Assembly: GCA_017458975.1 (NCBI GenBank)
Contig: JAFSZK010000057.1
Span: forward strand, 11,978-75,977
Direction of reading: 5' to 3'
Length of the DNA stretch: 64,000 bases
Source of the DNA: Eubacterium sp.
GTDB lineage: Bacteria > Bacillota > Clostridia > Oscillospirales > Acutalibacteraceae
In this document: positions 9,649 through 19,102 of the stretch, in pieces
Layout: each line of letters starts with the position of its first letter
Numbering within the stretch: position 1 is the stretch's first letter
Program-made: the position numbers and the translations under genes
Notes under the pieces: generated by a model
Seen by the model: only the letters and a program-made list of their open reading frames with translations
What the model was told of the DNA's origin: nothing
The model's database searches: none

Positions 9649-10491
9649 ATGAAAAAAATAATTGCACTTGTACTTTCGGTTGCGCTTATTATGTGCATTT
9701 TTGCAGGCTGTTCCTCAAAAAATTCCGAAAAATACAGCGATACAACCCTGATTATCGGCTATACCGAGGAAACCGCGCCCTTCCTTAAGGTTGATAAAAA
9801 CGGTAAGGCTACGGGCTTTTCCGCCGATTTATGGAAAAAAATCTTTGACGGCGTTAAGGGAGACCTTAAGGATTACCGCTTTGAAAAGGTTGAAAAGGGA
9901 TATGCTCTTGAGGACGAGGGCGGCTTCTTTGACAGCGAAAAGAAAGAGTATTCCGCCGGTCTGCTTATGGGAGCCGTTAAAAAGAATGACGGTACCTTTA
10001 ACGAGGATTATTCCTTTACCGAAGCGATTATTTCAAACCGCGTAATCGCCGTTACAAAGAAGGGCTCAAAGGTTAAGAGCTTTTCGGATTTTGCCGGCGC
10101 GAAGGCTGTCGTTCTTAATCCCGTTGCCAAAGAATCGTTTTCAAAAAATACTCAGCTCAGCTCCGCTTGCGCCGGAGTTACGGAGGTTAAGGATTTAAAC
10201 GCTGCGTTTACCGCGCTTGATTCGGGCAGCGCCGACGTTCTTATTACCGACGAATTCACCTTTACGCCGAGCGATAAGGCTAAGAGCTATACCGTTCTTG
10301 AGCACGAGCTTGACAGGATTGATTATGTTATCGCCTGCGCAAAATACAGCGGATGGAAGGACTCCATCAACACCGCAATCTATGAGCTTAAGAGCCCCGA
10401 GTATAACGATAAGGACGAATTTACTCCCCTTGTTGAAAAATATTTCGGCTATAACGCTTCGTCCTTTAATTATAAACCCGCGGAAGAATAA
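9649..10491 (+). CDS. Lipoprotein, family 3 (amino acid-type) solute-binding domain
   Basis: Signal peptide MKKIIALVLS... with lipobox FAGC; APF...G...GF..DL and D......D pattern; start moved to 9649 behind AGGAGG. Confidence 0.75.
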   Translation: MKKIIALVLSVALIMCIFAGCSSKNSEKYSDTTLIIGYTEETAPFLKVDKNGKATGFSADLWKKIFDGVKGDLKDYRFEKVEKGYALEDEGGFFDSEKKEYSAGLLMGAVKKNDGTFNEDYSFTEAIISNRVIAVTKKGSKVKSFSDFAGAKAVVLNPVAKESFSKNTQLSSACAGVTEVKDLNAAFTALDSGSADVLITDEFTFTPSDKAKSYTVLEHELDRIDYVIACAKYSGWKDSINTAIYELKSPEYNDKDEFTPLVEKYFGYNASSFNYKPAEE

Positions 10492-10538
10492 TTAAAAATA
10501 ATTACCGTCGCTTGTGCGGCGGTTTTTTGGGATTAATT

Positions 10539-11108
10539 ATGAACGTTTTTGATTTTGATAATACAATATATGACGGTGAAAGCACTCTTGATTTGTTCTT
10601 TTACTATCTTGTAAGAAAGCCTTTTCTGTTAAGGCTTTTTCCTACTGTTTTAAAAGCGTTTTCGAAGTATAAAAAGGGCGAGGTAACTCTTAATCAGGCG
10701 CTTGAGGAGTACGCTCCCCTGATTGAAAAATACGTTTTGCGTATAGTCGATTTCGATAACGACCCGAGGCTTTTCTGGGATAAGCATATGAAAAAAATCA
10801 AACCCCTTTATGACGAGCTGAGAAGCGACGACGATTTAATTATAACCGCCTCGCCCGAATTCAGCATAGAGGAGGTATGCAAAAGACTCAAAATTAAGCG
10901 TTATCTTGCCTCAAGGGTTAACCGCACTACCGGAAAAATCGAATTTGCAAACCTTCGGGAAAACAAGATTAACGCCTTTCATGAGCTTTACGGCAACGAA
11001 AAAATCGAAGCGTTTTATACCGACTCCCCCGAAAACGACGCGCCGCTTATTGAAATAAGCGAGAGCGCGTATCTTGTAAAAAAGAATACCGTTACCAAAA
11101 TAAAATAA
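10539..11108 (+). CDS. HAD-IB family phosphatase/hydrolase
   Basis: FDFDNTI motif I, ITASP motif II, K and YTDS..D motifs; start placed at the ATG at 10539. Confidence 0.85.
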   Translation: MNVFDFDNTIYDGESTLDLFFYYLVRKPFLLRLFPTVLKAFSKYKKGEVTLNQALEEYAPLIEKYVLRIVDFDNDPRLFWDKHMKKIKPLYDELRSDDDLIITASPEFSIEEVCKRLKIKRYLASRVNRTTGKIEFANLRENKINAFHELYGNEKIEAFYTDSPENDAPLIEISESAYLVKKNTVTKIK

Positions 11109-11168
11109 TATTGTATATTTTAACGTTTAATGGTATAATCAATTAGATAAAATTAAGGAGAAATTAAC

Positions 11169-11921
11169 TTGTCGGATAAAAGATATGATAACGACTCCCT
11201 CGTAATCGGCAGAAATGCGGTTATTGAGCTTATAAAAAGCGGAAGAGAGATTGAAAACGTGCTTATTGCAAAGGGCGAAAGAGAGGGTTCGGTTAACCGA
11301 ATCGTTGCGCTTTGTAAGGAAAAGGGTATTGTAATTAAGACTACGGATAAAAAGAAGCTTGACGCGATAACAAACGGCGCAAACCATCAGGGCGTTGCGG
11401 CTAACGCGTCGGCGCACGAATACTCAAGCGTTGAGAATATCCTCGCTTACGCCGAAGAAAAGGACGAAAAGCCGTTTATAATTATCTGTGATGAAATTGA
11501 GGACCCCCACAATCTCGGCGCAATAATCCGTACCGCGGAAGCCTGCGGAGTCCACGGCGTTATTATTCCTAAAAGACGCGGGGCAGGTCTTAATTTTACG
11601 GTTGCCAAAACCTCGTGCGGCGCGCTTGAATATATGCGCGTTGCAAGAGTTTCAAATCTTGCGGATACAATTGAAAAGCTTAAAAAGAAAAACATCTGGG
11701 TTTATGCCGCGGATATGGACGGTCAGCGTTGGGACAAAACCGATTTTTCGGGCGGCGCAGCGCTTGTCGTCGGAAGCGAAGGAAAAGGCGTAGGACGACT
11801 TATTAAGGAAAAATGCGACGTTACGGTAAGCCTTCCGATGCTCGGTCGCGTCAATTCCCTTAACGCCTCGGTTGCCGCGGGAATTATTATGTATGAAATC
11901 GCAAGACAGAGATTAGATTAA
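11169..11921 (+). CDS. rlmB: 23S rRNA (guanosine-2'-O)-methyltransferase RlmB (TrmH/SPOUT)
   Basis: GRNAV.E, HQGV, DPHNLGAIIRTA, GSEGKG and SLNASVA motifs; TTG start with AAGGAG RBS. Confidence 0.95.
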   Translation: MSDKRYDNDSLVIGRNAVIELIKSGREIENVLIAKGEREGSVNRIVALCKEKGIVIKTTDKKKLDAITNGANHQGVAANASAHEYSSVENILAYAEEKDEKPFIIICDEIEDPHNLGAIIRTAEACGVHGVIIPKRRGAGLNFTVAKTSCGALEYMRVARVSNLADTIEKLKKKNIWVYAADMDGQRWDKTDFSGGAALVVGSEGKGVGRLIKEKCDVTVSLPMLGRVNSLNASVAAGIIMYEIARQRLD

Positions 11922-11938
11922 TTTTCAAGGATGAAAAT

Positions 11939-14311
11939 ATGAGCGAGAATTTATCAATTGATGAAATAATCAAAAAAGCGGAAAAAATAAAAGCCGAAGC
12001 CGAAAAAGAGCTTCTTGCAGCAGAAAAGCGGCTCGATGAAAAGGCTAAGGAGGCAGTAAACGAGGTTACTGTTGACGAGGAGGAAATTGAGGAAATCGTT
12101 TCCTTTACTGCCGCCGGGGACGAGGATGTTAAGGAATTCCGTCCCGCCCAAAAGAGCGAGGAGATTATTATTGAGGACGTCGCGCCCGACTCTAAAACAA
12201 GAAGCATTGTTCTCGAGGCGAGCGATAAAACGATGGACGTTGAGGATTTCGGCAAAACGAAAATTTCAAAGGCAATTAAGCTTGCAAACGAAAAGACGAA
12301 GCGCGTATCCTTTGTTTCAACAAACGAGGACGAACACGGCGGTCTTGAAAAGATTCCGACAATTGTTGCCCATGATACAATAAAGGGCTTCAACGAGGAG
12401 GAAAAGGTCGAAGAAGAGAGTATTCAGATTAAGTTTGCGGGCTTTGACGATAAGATTGAAAGCGTACCCGAAATTGACGAAGAGGTTGCCGAGAGAGAGC
12501 TTGAAAAAAGACGTAAGGAAAAGGTCGGAAAATTCCGCCTTTTCGGTCCCGAGGAAACCGATGAGGAGCTCGGCGACAGCTCGCTTGCCGCTGACGATTT
12601 TGAAGAGGACGACGAAAAGGACGCCTTCGTACAGGGTCTTATTTCCAAGAAAAACAGTATATGGATTAAAATTGTTGCAACCTTAATCCTCGGTATACCG
12701 CTTCTTTTAATGACGGTGTTCAGGGACAGCGCCTCCCTTCCGGGCTTTCTCGCTTCCCACGGGGCGTATTTCGGAACCGCAACCGCGCTGTTTTCAATTA
12801 TTTGTATCGTTAACCTGAACGTGTTTACCCACGGCTTTAAAATTAAAAAGCCGTTTAATCTTAATTTTGATTTTTACATAAGCGTTGTTTCAATCCTGAT
12901 TCTTATACATACCCTTGCTCTTGCAATAAGCGAAAGTCTATGGATTGATAACGGGGTTTTACTTGCCTCGGCGGGAACGCTCGCTCTGTTTATGTCACAG
13001 CTCGGCAAGCATAATATGATGACGAGGATAATTGACAACTTTGAATTCATTACCTCGCTCGATTCAAAATACACGGTTGAAAACATTACAAATACGGTTG
13101 ACGCCGATATAATAAGCCGCGGTCTTGTTGAAAACGAGGGTAAGCTGAAAATCAGCGTTAACTGTGATTTCCCGACTAATTTTCTTGAAATATCGTGTAA
13201 GAACGAGCCCTCCGACAGACTTTCAAAAAGAATAATGACCGTAAATTTTGTTTTAAGTCTGATTCTTTTTATTGTCATCGGAATTAAGGATAATTTCAAT
13301 ACGGGCTTCAATATGGCGCTTTGCGCAATGGCAATGGCTACTCCGCTTTCAGCGCTGTTTCTTACTAACAGTATACTTTCGGACATCTCCTCACAGCTTT
13401 CCTCCTATAACTCAAGAGTATGCGGTTATGAGGGCTCAAGAATAGTAAGCGACACTAACGCAATAGTTATGGAGGCGGCGGATTTATTCGATAAAAACAG
13501 CTGTGACCTCCATGGAATAAAGACCTTCGGCGGAGCCAAGGTTGACGACGCAATTATAAACGCCGCGGCGGTTATGGTGCAGACCAAAAGCCCGCTTGCG
13601 CATGTATTTGACGACGTTATAATCGGTCAGCAATCAATCCTCCCCCGCGTTGAGAGCATTGTTTACGAGGAAAGCCTCGGCACCTCGGCGTGGATTTACA
13701 AGCGCAAGGTGCTTATCGGTACAAGGGAGCTTCTTAAGCTTCACGGCGTCAGCGTTCCGCTTGAAAGCTTTGAACAAAAGTATACGATTAAAGACAGAAA
13801 AGCGCTTTATCTTGCCGTAGGCGGCGAGATTATGGCAATGTTTATAGTAAGCTATAACGCCGACCCCGACCTTAAAAGAGAGCTCAAAAAGCTTGAGAAA
13901 AGGGACGTTACCGTTATTGTTAAAAGCACGGACCCGTATATAAACGAAAAAAGCCTTGCAACGCTTTTCGGCGTTCCGGACGGCTTTATAAGGGTTATGA
14001 ATTACTCGGCGTCAAGAGTTTATGATAAATACTCCCACTTATCGGTTGAAAAGTCCCCCGCTTATATCGTTCATAACGGAACTGCGCTCGGCTTCGTTTC
14101 GGCTATGAGGGGCGCGGCAATAATTAAATCCGCAAAGGATTTGGTAAATTTCCTGCTCTTCTTCGGAACTGCGCTCGGCTTTATTGCAATCGCCCTGTTC
14201 TCGGTAATGGGCGCATATACTCAAATTTCAACGCTGAGCATTATTCTTTTCCACCTTATATGGACTCTGTTTTCCTTTGTAATCTCAAAAATGCGAAGTA
14301 TAGGAATTTAA
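11939..14311 (+). CDS. Membrane protein with a degenerate P1B-type ATPase-like fold and an acidic N-terminal region
   Basis: About 220-aa acidic N-terminus, a TM bundle, then segments matching P1B ATPase P/N domains (KSPLAHVF, VLIGTRELLKLHGV, LYLAVGGEIMAMF) but with no DKTGT, TGE or GDGxND. Confidence 0.6.
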   Translation: MSENLSIDEIIKKAEKIKAEAEKELLAAEKRLDEKAKEAVNEVTVDEEEIEEIVSFTAAGDEDVKEFRPAQKSEEIIIEDVAPDSKTRSIVLEASDKTMDVEDFGKTKISKAIKLANEKTKRVSFVSTNEDEHGGLEKIPTIVAHDTIKGFNEEEKVEEESIQIKFAGFDDKIESVPEIDEEVAERELEKRRKEKVGKFRLFGPEETDEELGDSSLAADDFEEDDEKDAFVQGLISKKNSIWIKIVATLILGIPLLLMTVFRDSASLPGFLASHGAYFGTATALFSIICIVNLNVFTHGFKIKKPFNLNFDFYISVVSILILIHTLALAISESLWIDNGVLLASAGTLALFMSQLGKHNMMTRIIDNFEFITSLDSKYTVENITNTVDADIISRGLVENEGKLKISVNCDFPTNFLEISCKNEPSDRLSKRIMTVNFVLSLILFIVIGIKDNFNTGFNMALCAMAMATPLSALFLTNSILSDISSQLSSYNSRVCGYEGSRIVSDTNAIVMEAADLFDKNSCDLHGIKTFGGAKVDDAIINAAAVMVQTKSPLAHVFDDVIIGQQSILPRVESIVYEESLGTSAWIYKRKVLIGTRELLKLHGVSVPLESFEQKYTIKDRKALYLAVGGEIMAMFIVSYNADPDLKRELKKLEKRDVTVIVKSTDPYINEKSLATLFGVPDGFIRVMNYSASRVYDKYSHLSVEKSPAYIVHNGTALGFVSAMRGAAIIKSAKDLVNFLLFFGTALGFIAIALFSVMGAYTQISTLSIILFHLIWTLFSFVISKMRSIGI

Positions 14312-14342
14312 AAAAGCGACTCAACGAGTCGCTTTTTTTTTT
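14310..14342. terminator. Bidirectional terminator between the P-ATPase-like gene and galM
   Basis: aaaaaagcgactc-aac-gagtcgctttttt hairpin. Confidence 0.8.
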
Positions 14343-14379
14343 CAAATGAATACCTGAATTCGGGTACGTTTTTGAATTA

Positions 14380-15390
14380 CTAGTTTGCTTTAACCGTACG
14401 AATCGGGAAGTCCTTAATATTAACCGTATCGGGATAGAACTGAGTTTCAAGAGCTACGCCCCTGCGATAGCTTACCGCGCCGTTTTCCTTACCCGCGGTG
14501 TAGTCGGATTTAAGCCAGCCGCCGCAGTAAACCTGAATTCCGGGAAGGTCGGTAAATACCTCCATTTTTCTTCCCGTTATCTCATCGTAAAGGGTTGCGG
14601 CGTGCTGCATTTTTCCGTCCTTGTTTCTCAAACAATAGTTATTATCGTAGCCGATACCCTCAATAATAGCTCTGAAAGGAACGTCGATATTATCGCCGAT
14701 TTTATGAAGCGCGGTAAAGTCCATCATCGTGTCCTTAACCTCGCCGAGCTCACCTGTCGGGAGCTGGTTTTCGTCGGTTTCGGTAAAGTAATCGGCGTTA
14801 ACCAAAAGATACTCGTCCTCAACCGTTCTGTTTTTATCTCCGCTTAAATTGAAATAAGCGTGGTTGGTAGGATTGGCTACGGTATCAATATCCGAAAGAA
14901 CGCCGTACTCAAGCCTTAAAATATTGTTATCGTCAAGAGTGTATTTAACCCTCATTGTGAAGTTACCGCAAAAGCCGTCCTCGCCGTCGGGAGAAAAGCG
15001 CATAAAGGTAACGAAGTTTTCACCCGTTTCCTCAACCTCCCACGGAGTAAACGAAAAGCGACCGCCGCCGTGAAGTGTCCATGTGCCCTGATTTTTAGGG
15101 GTTATGTACTCTTTAGAGTCAAAGGTGAATTTTCCGTCCCTTATACGGTTTGCCCACCTTCCTACAACAAGGCCCTGATAGCCGTAATCGGGATTTATAT
15201 AATATTTCGGGTCGTCAAAGCCGAGTACAACGTCGGCAAGCTTTCCCTCCCTGTCGGGCATAAAAAGCGAGTGAATACCCGCTCCGAGGGTCTGAAGAGT
15301 TACGGACGCGCCGTTTTTATTTGTGATTTTATAAAAATAAATCGGCGTGCTTTCGTCAAGATTTCCAAAAAAAGATTTTTCAACAGCCAT
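14380..15390 (-). CDS. galM: Aldose 1-epimerase (mutarotase); C-terminus apparently truncated by tandem stops
   Basis: VGRWANRI, LHGG, NPTNHAYFNL, GYDNNY, FTDLPGIQVY and ALETQFYPD motifs. The ORF ends TVKAN-TAG-TAA, and an in-frame FKNVPEFRYSFE follows. Confidence 0.9.
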   Translation of the reverse strand: MAVEKSFFGNLDESTPIYFYKITNKNGASVTLQTLGAGIHSLFMPDREGKLADVVLGFDDPKYYINPDYGYQGLVVGRWANRIRDGKFTFDSKEYITPKNQGTWTLHGGGRFSFTPWEVEETGENFVTFMRFSPDGEDGFCGNFTMRVKYTLDDNNILRLEYGVLSDIDTVANPTNHAYFNLSGDKNRTVEDEYLLVNADYFTETDENQLPTGELGEVKDTMMDFTALHKIGDNIDVPFRAIIEGIGYDNNYCLRNKDGKMQHAATLYDEITGRKMEVFTDLPGIQVYCGGWLKSDYTAGKENGAVSYRRGVALETQFYPDTVNIKDFPIRTVKAN

Positions 15391-15551
15391 AGCTAACTCC
15401 TTTCGTTTTCTGAATTTAGTATATATTAAATATTTCTTAATTTCAAGGCTGAAAAATTTATAACTCTTGACTTTTTAATTAATAGTTATTATTATATAGG
15501 GGTAACAAAATATTACAAATGTATAACAAAATGTAATCGAAAGGACAAGCT

Positions 15552-16382
15552 ATGGAAAAGATTATGGAAATAATCATTTCGCTTATGCGTTATATTGCGC
15601 CCGCTGCTGCAATCTTTATTTTGTTTGTATGCGTAGTGTCGCTGTTTCGCAACCGACCGAGAGTTCATACTCTTGCAAGGCTTGTAAGCCAGAGCGACGG
15701 AGCGATTATAAATATTGACCACTGGGAAACGTCAATCGGCAAGAGCCGTTCAAACGACATAGTTTTAAAATCCCCCTCAATCGCAAGATTTCACGCGGTT
15801 ATCGCAAAGAAAAGGCGCGACTGGGTTATTACAAATACCACCCAGCAGACCCTCGGCTTTATAGGTACTCTTCCGTTTATCGGTCAGCCGCTTGAGGATT
15901 TCTTTGCCGCAAGGTCAAGAGAGCCCGCCGAGGTGCTTATTAACGGTCAGAACGTTGAAAGCAGCACCGTTCTTGAAAACGGCGACCTTGTAACAATCGG
16001 AAGAACTCCGTTTCGTTTTGAGTGCGACGAAGCTATCGGCGCCGCGAAAAAGGAGGAAATACGCACTACCGTAAGGGCGCAGAATCCTAAGGTTGTAGCC
16101 TACGGCGTTCTTGTTGATATTAAAACCAAGCGTCCTATTTACCTTAAAAAGACGGACGTTCTTATCGGTCGCGGAAACGACTGTGATATTCAGATTATGA
16201 GCGAAACCGTAAGCTCAAATCACGCAAGAATTCATAAAACCAGCCGCGGTTGGGCAATTTCCGACCTTGATTCCCATAACGGAACAAAGCTTAACGGAAG
16301 ATATATCAATCAGCCCCAGCTTATATTCGACGAGGATATGCTGACCTTCGGCGATAAGGTATTTATTTTCTACGAGAAGTAA
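15552..16382 (+). CDS. Membrane-anchored protein with two FHA domains
   Basis: N-terminal TM helix; FHA1 SIGKSRSNDIVL..IARFHA; FHA2 IGRGNDCDI..VSSNHA..DLDSHNGTKLNG. Confidence 0.9.
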   Translation: MEKIMEIIISLMRYIAPAAAIFILFVCVVSLFRNRPRVHTLARLVSQSDGAIINIDHWETSIGKSRSNDIVLKSPSIARFHAVIAKKRRDWVITNTTQQTLGFIGTLPFIGQPLEDFFAARSREPAEVLINGQNVESSTVLENGDLVTIGRTPFRFECDEAIGAAKKEEIRTTVRAQNPKVVAYGVLVDIKTKRPIYLKKTDVLIGRGNDCDIQIMSETVSSNHARIHKTSRGWAISDLDSHNGTKLNGRYINQPQLIFDEDMLTFGDKVFIFYEK

Positions 16383-16394
16383 GGAGGGTTATTT

Positions 16395-17660
16395 ATGGCT
16401 AAATACAAAAAACCGCCAAAAATCAAGCCGATAAATAACTTCCTTGTGTTGTTTATTCTTTCGGCATTTCAGCTTGCAACGGGCTTTATAGGCGCGTCGG
16501 TTAAGGAAGGCTTTAATATGAACGCCTTTCTCGCGCTTGCACTTCTTGTTGCAACCGAATGGGTTTATCTTGTATTCTTCTATACGGTATTCCACAGAAG
16601 AAATTTTGAGCTCGAGCTTATTGCCTTTTTCCTCAGCGGAGTCGGGCTCGTAACAATCGGAAGCGTCTATCCCGATTCGGCTTTCAAGCAGTACTTTATG
16701 GTGCTTGCGGGACTTGTTGCGTTTATAGCTCTTGTTTTTATTCTCGGTCATGTTGACTTTTGTATGAAGATAAGACCCTATGTTGCAATCGCGGCGATTG
16801 TTCTTCTTATAATCAATCTTGCAATCGCAGGCTATACAAACGGCGCGAAAAACTGGATTGAAATCTTCGGCGTTACGCTTCAGCCCTCGGAATTTGTAAA
16901 GGTTGCTTTCATTTTCGTAGGCGCGGCAACGCTTGAAAAAATACAGACCTCAAGAAATATCATTGCATTTATCATTTTCTCGGTAGGCTGCGTCGGCGCG
17001 CTTATACTTATGCGCGATTTCGGTACGGCTCTGATATTCTTTATCACGTTCCTTATTTTAGCTTTTATGACCTCGGGCGATATTAAAACAATCGTCCTTG
17101 CGGTAACAAGCGCGGTTATGGGCGGAGCGATTGTTCTTAAATACCGTTCATACGTACTGAGGCGTTTTGATATTTACCGCCACGTTTGGGAATACCCCTT
17201 TGACCAGGGTATGCAGCAAACAAGAGTTCTTGTAGGTATTGCAAGCGGCGGACTCTTCGGAGTCGGAATAGGAAACGGATACGTAAGAAGCTACTATGCG
17301 CCCGTGTCCGACAGTATTTTCGGCGTAATCTGTGAGGAGTGGGGACTTATTTTCGGAGTTATTATGGTTCTCTCCTTTGTTGCAATCGCAATTTCGGCTC
17401 TTACAAATTCAATTGCTTCACGCTCCGCGTTTTATTCAATCGGCGCAATTGCTGCAGCGGGACTTTTACTTTTCCAGTGCGGACTCAATGTTTTCGGTAT
17501 TACCGATATTCTTCCGCTTACGGGCGTTACAATTCCTTTTGTATCCCTCGGCGGCTCGTCAATGATTAGCTGTTGGGCTCTTCTCGCCTTTATCAAGGCA
17601 AGCGATGTAAGAACCTACAACTACCTCGGAAACGTGAAAAAAGGAGGTGCCGATAAATAA
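16395..17660 (+). CDS. FtsW/RodA/SpoVE family SEDS peptidoglycan glycosyltransferase
   Basis: GAKNWI, LQPSEFVK, RDFGTA, GGLFGVGIG, SDSIF..ICEEWG and LTGVTIPFVSLGGSS motifs. Confidence 0.95.
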   Translation: MAKYKKPPKIKPINNFLVLFILSAFQLATGFIGASVKEGFNMNAFLALALLVATEWVYLVFFYTVFHRRNFELELIAFFLSGVGLVTIGSVYPDSAFKQYFMVLAGLVAFIALVFILGHVDFCMKIRPYVAIAAIVLLIINLAIAGYTNGAKNWIEIFGVTLQPSEFVKVAFIFVGAATLEKIQTSRNIIAFIIFSVGCVGALILMRDFGTALIFFITFLILAFMTSGDIKTIVLAVTSAVMGGAIVLKYRSYVLRRFDIYRHVWEYPFDQGMQQTRVLVGIASGGLFGVGIGNGYVRSYYAPVSDSIFGVICEEWGLIFGVIMVLSFVAIAISALTNSIASRSAFYSIGAIAAAGLLLFQCGLNVFGITDILPLTGVTIPFVSLGGSSMISCWALLAFIKASDVRTYNYLGNVKKGGADK

Positions 17661-19048
17661 TGAAAATGATTACAAAAAGAGGCATCTTCCTCTGGCTTCT
17701 GTCAATACTTTTCGTTGCGGGTATGGTAATTTTAATCGTCAGCTTCGTTAATAACGGAAGCGACTGGGCGATGAAGAGATATAACAAGCATATGTACTCA
17801 AACGGCGAGCTTATCGGCGCGGGTACTATCTATGACAGAAACGATGTTCCCCTTGCGCAGACCGTTGACGGAAAACGCGTTTACGCAAAGGACGCTATAA
17901 CAAGAAAATCAACCCTTCATATTGTCGGCGACAAAAAGAATTTTATCTCCTCGAGCGTTCAGGCAACCTATGACTCAAGGCTTACGGGATATAATCTTAT
18001 GTTCGGAGTATATTCGCTTAAGCGATACGGAAAGGGTAACGACCTTAAAACAACTATTGACAGCGAAATATGCAATACCGCCTACCGCGCGCTTGACGGA
18101 CGAAAGGGTACCGTCGGCGTGGTTAATTATAAAACCGGCGAATTAATATGTTGCGTATCCTCGCCGTCCTACGACGTTAAGGACCCGCCGTATAACCTTG
18201 AAACAAGCGAAAGATACGAGGGCGTTTATATTAACCGTCTTTTTGACGCACATTATGTTCCGGGCTCAACCTTCAAGATTGTAACCGCCATCTGCGCTAT
18301 TGAGAATATGCCCGACGTGTTTACAAGAAGCTGGCCCTGTCGCGGCGGATACACTCCTCCGCAGGGTGTTACGATTAAATGTAATTCAAACCACGGAAAG
18401 AGCGTTACCTTTGAGGAGGCGCTTACCGAAAGCTGTAACTCGGTTTTCGCCCAGATTGCAATTGAGCTCGGAAGCGAAAAGCTTTCTGCAACCGCAAAGG
18501 AGCTCGGCATAGGCACTCCCGTTGTTATAAGCGGTGAAATCGAATGCTTTAAGGGTACTTTCAATATTGACGGCATTGCCGACGATAAGCTCGGCTGGAC
18601 GGGAATAGGCCAGGGCGATACAAGAATTGCGCCGATTACAATGCTTCGTATTGTAAGCGCAATTGCAAACGGCGGAAGCGCGGTTTCGTTTAACATCGTT
18701 GAAAACCTTGCCGACCAGGCGGGCAAGGCGCTTAATATTACTCTTCCTACCAACAAGGTCTCAATGATTGACCCGAATACCGCCTCAACAATCGGAAATA
18801 TGATGAGAAAGAACGTCATTAACGGCTACGGCGAGAGCAGATACGAGGGTCTCAGTCTCTGCGCAAAGAGCGGTACGGCTCAGATTGACAGCAATCCCGA
18901 CCACGATATCGCTTGGTTTACGGGATATATGCAGGATGACGCGCACCCCTACGCCTTTGTTGTAGTTGTTGAAAACGGCGGCTTCGGTTCAAGAACCGCA
19001 GGTCCTATTGCAAGAAAGGTATTAAACGCCGTTAAGGAAAAATATTAA
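17660..19048 (+). CDS. Class B penicillin-binding protein (PbpA-like transpeptidase)
   Basis: N-terminal TM; intact SxxK (PGSTFK), SxN (ESCNS) and KSGTAQ motifs; coupled to the SEDS gene by a TAATG overlap. Confidence 0.93.
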   Translation: MKMITKRGIFLWLLSILFVAGMVILIVSFVNNGSDWAMKRYNKHMYSNGELIGAGTIYDRNDVPLAQTVDGKRVYAKDAITRKSTLHIVGDKKNFISSSVQATYDSRLTGYNLMFGVYSLKRYGKGNDLKTTIDSEICNTAYRALDGRKGTVGVVNYKTGELICCVSSPSYDVKDPPYNLETSERYEGVYINRLFDAHYVPGSTFKIVTAICAIENMPDVFTRSWPCRGGYTPPQGVTIKCNSNHGKSVTFEEALTESCNSVFAQIAIELGSEKLSATAKELGIGTPVVISGEIECFKGTFNIDGIADDKLGWTGIGQGDTRIAPITMLRIVSAIANGGSAVSFNIVENLADQAGKALNITLPTNKVSMIDPNTASTIGNMMRKNVINGYGESRYEGLSLCAKSGTAQIDSNPDHDIAWFTGYMQDDAHPYAFVVVVENGGFGSRTAGPIARKVLNAVKEKY

Positions 19049-19102
19049 TAATTGATAATATATCTGCATAGTATTATATGAATTTGAAAAAGGTGTGATA
19101 CT

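Noticed and set aside
14377-14382. Pyrrolysine or selenocysteine recoding of the galM stop
   Set aside because: TAG is immediately followed by TAA, and there is no pyl or sel machinery in view.
19050-19080. Sporulation sigma-E/K-like promoter (CATAgtaT) before the DUF4830-like gene
   Set aside because: The match is short and lies in AT-rich DNA with no convincing -35; it cannot be supported by eye.
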